Shown piece after piece: positions 45,895 to 48,162 of a DNA stretch of 48,162 nucleotides. The DNA is taken from the NCBI RefSeq assembly GCF_044232565.1, contig NZ_JBIILQ010000001.1, positions 1-48,162 on the forward strand, given 5' to 3'. The stretch is from Daejeonella sp. (lineage in GTDB: Bacteria > Bacteroidota > Bacteroidia > Sphingobacteriales > Sphingobacteriaceae). Position 1 is the stretch's first letter, and each line of letters starts with the position of its first letter. The notes below the pieces were generated by a model, which saw only the letters and a program-made list of their open reading frames with translations, was not told the origin of the DNA and did not search any database. The position numbers and the translations under genes were made by a program.

Positions 45895-47205
45895 ATGTCA
45901 TTCCCAGAAGAATTTATTCATTATTTATGGAAATTCTGTTTATTCAACAAACAGGATTATAAAACTGTTGCCGGCGAATCATTAGATATTATAAGTGTTG
46001 GCTTGCATAATATGAATGCTGGTCCTGATTTTGAAAGTTCTAAAATTAGGATTGGAGGCACATTATGGGTGGGAAATGTGGAAATTCATATACGATCATC
46101 TGATTGGAATCGACATCAGCACCAGTTTGACCTAGCCTATGAAAACGTAATTTTACACGTAGTTTCTGTTCATGACGAGTCTGTTTTTCGGAAGGATGGC
46201 ACAGAAATCCCAGTCTTTGAGATTAAAGATTTAATTCCCAAAGAAATTGCTCAAAACTACGCTAGTTTGATGGCAAATATGAGTTGGATACCCTGCGAGA
46301 AGCATTTATCAAGCATCGAGCCATTTTTTCTCAAAAATTGGCTTTCACGAGTTCTAATTGAGCGATTAGAAGAAAAATCCGTTCAAGTAAATGAGCTATT
46401 GAAAGAATATAAAGGTAGCTGGGATGATGCTTTTTACATTATGCTGGCTCGTAACTTCGGTTTTAAGACTAATGCAGTCCCTTTTGAAATGCTAGCCCGT
46501 TCTTTGCCAAGGCAATTATTAGCTAAGTATAAAAACAGTTCTAGTCAAATTGAAGCCTTGATTTTTGGGCAAGCAGGTTTTTTAAATGAAATGTTTACTG
46601 AATCCTATCCTAATATAATTATGCAGGAGTATCGGTTTTTAAAGAAAAAACATGGCTTAAAATCAATCGATAGATACCTCTGGAAATATATGAGGCTGAG
46701 GCCACGTAATTTCCCAAGCTTGCGGCTCGCTCAGTTTGCAGCATTGATATGGAAGTCTAATCATCTTTTTTCAAGAATAAACGATGAAAACGATATTCAG
46801 AATATATTTAAACTTTTCAGAGATATACCTTTAAACAGCTATTGGGATACACATTTTCGATTTGGTAAAAAATGCAATCAAACAGTTTCTAGTTTAGGGG
46901 ATGAATCGATAAAGAACATATTAATTAATAGCGTGGCAGTGTTTTCATTCGCATTTGGATTAACTCATGGCAATAAAGACCATGTAAATAAAGGGATAAA
47001 CCTATTAGAGAAAATGGGACCAGAAGACAATGCTCACATTAAGAGATTTATACAAATAAACTGGATTCCTGAAAATGCTGCTCAAAGTCAGGCGCTACTC
47101 CAATTAAAAAAAACTTATTGCGATCAAAAGAAATGTTTATCTTGTGGAATTGGAATTAAAATATTAGCTAAAAATAATGCTACAACAGTTTCTGACATAT
47201 TTTGA
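45895..47205 (+). CDS. DUF2851 family protein
   Basis: EEFIHYLW, NAGPDF, WVGNVEIH, DW..H.H, VILHVV, LIERLE, FGFKTN, RLRPRNFP, C-terminal YC..KKCL.C. Likely start ATG 45895 (MSFPEE). Confidence 0.85.
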   Translation: MSFPEEFIHYLWKFCLFNKQDYKTVAGESLDIISVGLHNMNAGPDFESSKIRIGGTLWVGNVEIHIRSSDWNRHQHQFDLAYENVILHVVSVHDESVFRKDGTEIPVFEIKDLIPKEIAQNYASLMANMSWIPCEKHLSSIEPFFLKNWLSRVLIERLEEKSVQVNELLKEYKGSWDDAFYIMLARNFGFKTNAVPFEMLARSLPRQLLAKYKNSSSQIEALIFGQAGFLNEMFTESYPNIIMQEYRFLKKKHGLKSIDRYLWKYMRLRPRNFPSLRLAQFAALIWKSNHLFSRINDENDIQNIFKLFRDIPLNSYWDTHFRFGKKCNQTVSSLGDESIKNILINSVAVFSFAFGLTHGNKDHVNKGINLLEKMGPEDNAHIKRFIQINWIPENAAQSQALLQLKKTYCDQKKCLSCGIGIKILAKNNATTVSDIF

Positions 47206-47398
47206 AAAACGATCTTTTGGTGTTTGTGCATTCCTTGGTGAGCGTTTTAATATTTCCATATCAAAAATTAGATTGTTTTTTATTTATTCTTCCTTTTTAG
47301 CAGTAGGGTTTCCCCTGATTTTCTATTTTTTTGCTGCCTTCGTACTTGATATTCGTAATTATGTAAAACGTATCAGAGCCAGGGTATGGGATTTTTAG
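47177..47398 (+). CDS. PspC domain small membrane protein
   Basis: FGVCAFLGERFNI...IRLFFIY plus a TM segment. Confidence 0.78.
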   Translation: MLQQFLTYFEKRSFGVCAFLGERFNISISKIRLFFIYSSFLAVGFPLIFYFFAAFVLDIRNYVKRIRARVWDF

Positions 47399-47454
47399 TT
47401 AGGATTTTTTTAATGTAGCTAGCTTTTTATTTTCTGCTTGAAATAAGATAGGGA

Positions 47455-48102
47455 TCAAGAAAGTATTTTCGAAATCTCGTTAAAACCGTTTTCATATGCC
47501 AGATCTGCCGGACTTTTACCATCATCCATTTTTGCATTTACATTTGCTCCAGCTTCAAGAAGGACGATTAACAAATCTATATTTCCATTTTTTGCCGCCA
47601 GATGTAAGGGGGAAGCTCCAGATAACTGAACAACATTGCAATCTGCTCCTCCTTCAATTAACATTTTAGCAATCATTGTAAAATTAGTAGAAACTGCTGT
47701 ATGCAAAGGATAAATAAGATATTCATTATTGGAAGGGATGTTTGGATCAGCTCCTTTTAAAAGTAGCAAGTGTGTGCTTTCCTCATTTCCAAAATAGGTA
47801 GAAAGGTAAAGTGGGGAAAAGCCATCTTCCGAGACTGCATCAATTATTGTTGGATTTAAATCAAGGGTTTCTGAAATGAAATCTAATTTTCTGAGGGCAA
47901 TGGCCTCAAAAATAGTTATGGAAGGCGCATATCTGAATAAAATCTCAGCAATTTCGTTTTTCCCATAGTAGGAGCTTAGCATTATTGGGGAAACATTTTG
48001 GCTTGTTTTTAGCGTGCAAAGATGTGGTTGCTCATCTAAAAGTGAAATTAGTTTTATTGCATTGTCAGTTTCTATGTATTCTTCCAGTAAAGCCTGACTC
48101 AT
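47455..48102 (-). CDS. Ankyrin repeat protein
   Basis: GFSPLYLS...GADPN, YPLHTAV...GADCN, SPLHLAA...GANVN. Confidence 0.9.
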   Translation of the reverse strand: MSQALLEEYIETDNAIKLISLLDEQPHLCTLKTSQNVSPIMLSSYYGKNEIAEILFRYAPSITIFEAIALRKLDFISETLDLNPTIIDAVSEDGFSPLYLSTYFGNEESTHLLLLKGADPNIPSNNEYLIYPLHTAVSTNFTMIAKMLIEGGADCNVVQLSGASPLHLAAKNGNIDLLIVLLEAGANVNAKMDDGKSPADLAYENGFNEISKILS

Positions 48103-48162
48103 ATTCTGAAAATAAAATTGAATAAATTTAGATGTAAATAAAAGTAAAAAAAATAATTTAAT

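Overview
AT-rich, gene-dense stretch of core chromosome from a Bacteroidota bacterium. Family Sphingobacteriaceae (Pedobacter/Daejeonella-like) is an inference from protein sequences, gene order, TAnnTTTG-type -7 promoter elements and the general absence of Shine-Dalgarno motifs. About 50 CDSs are mostly housekeeping: a partial ychF, nusB-DUF1573-yajC-YbbR-coaE, glmM, a cysteine desulfurase, accD, fbaA, secDF, folA, thyA, ispE, LptF/G, tgt, rsmG, dprA, PolX, sppA, folK, pssA, rho and pyrF. I found no rRNA, tRNA, CRISPR array, transposase, integrase or phage genes, and no clearly complete novel multi-gene system. The best leads are: (1) a monocistronic 60-aa His-rich ORF with a strong AGGAGG motif, which is unusual in this phylum; (2) an in-phase array of 20 degenerate heptamers between two convergent genes; (3) DUF2851 with possible nuclease and metal-cluster motifs; (4) a peptidase/beta-propeller/Omp85-like outer-membrane protein; (5) a noncanonical, possibly leaderless PolX; (6) an orphan beta-CASP nuclease coupled to a Cys-rich microprotein missing from the ORF track; (7) a marR-FNR-ferredoxin-HMG-CoA lyase operon with a candidate operator; (8) a 650-bp unexplained AT-rich gap. 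All calls come from motif recognition by eye. No database searches were run.
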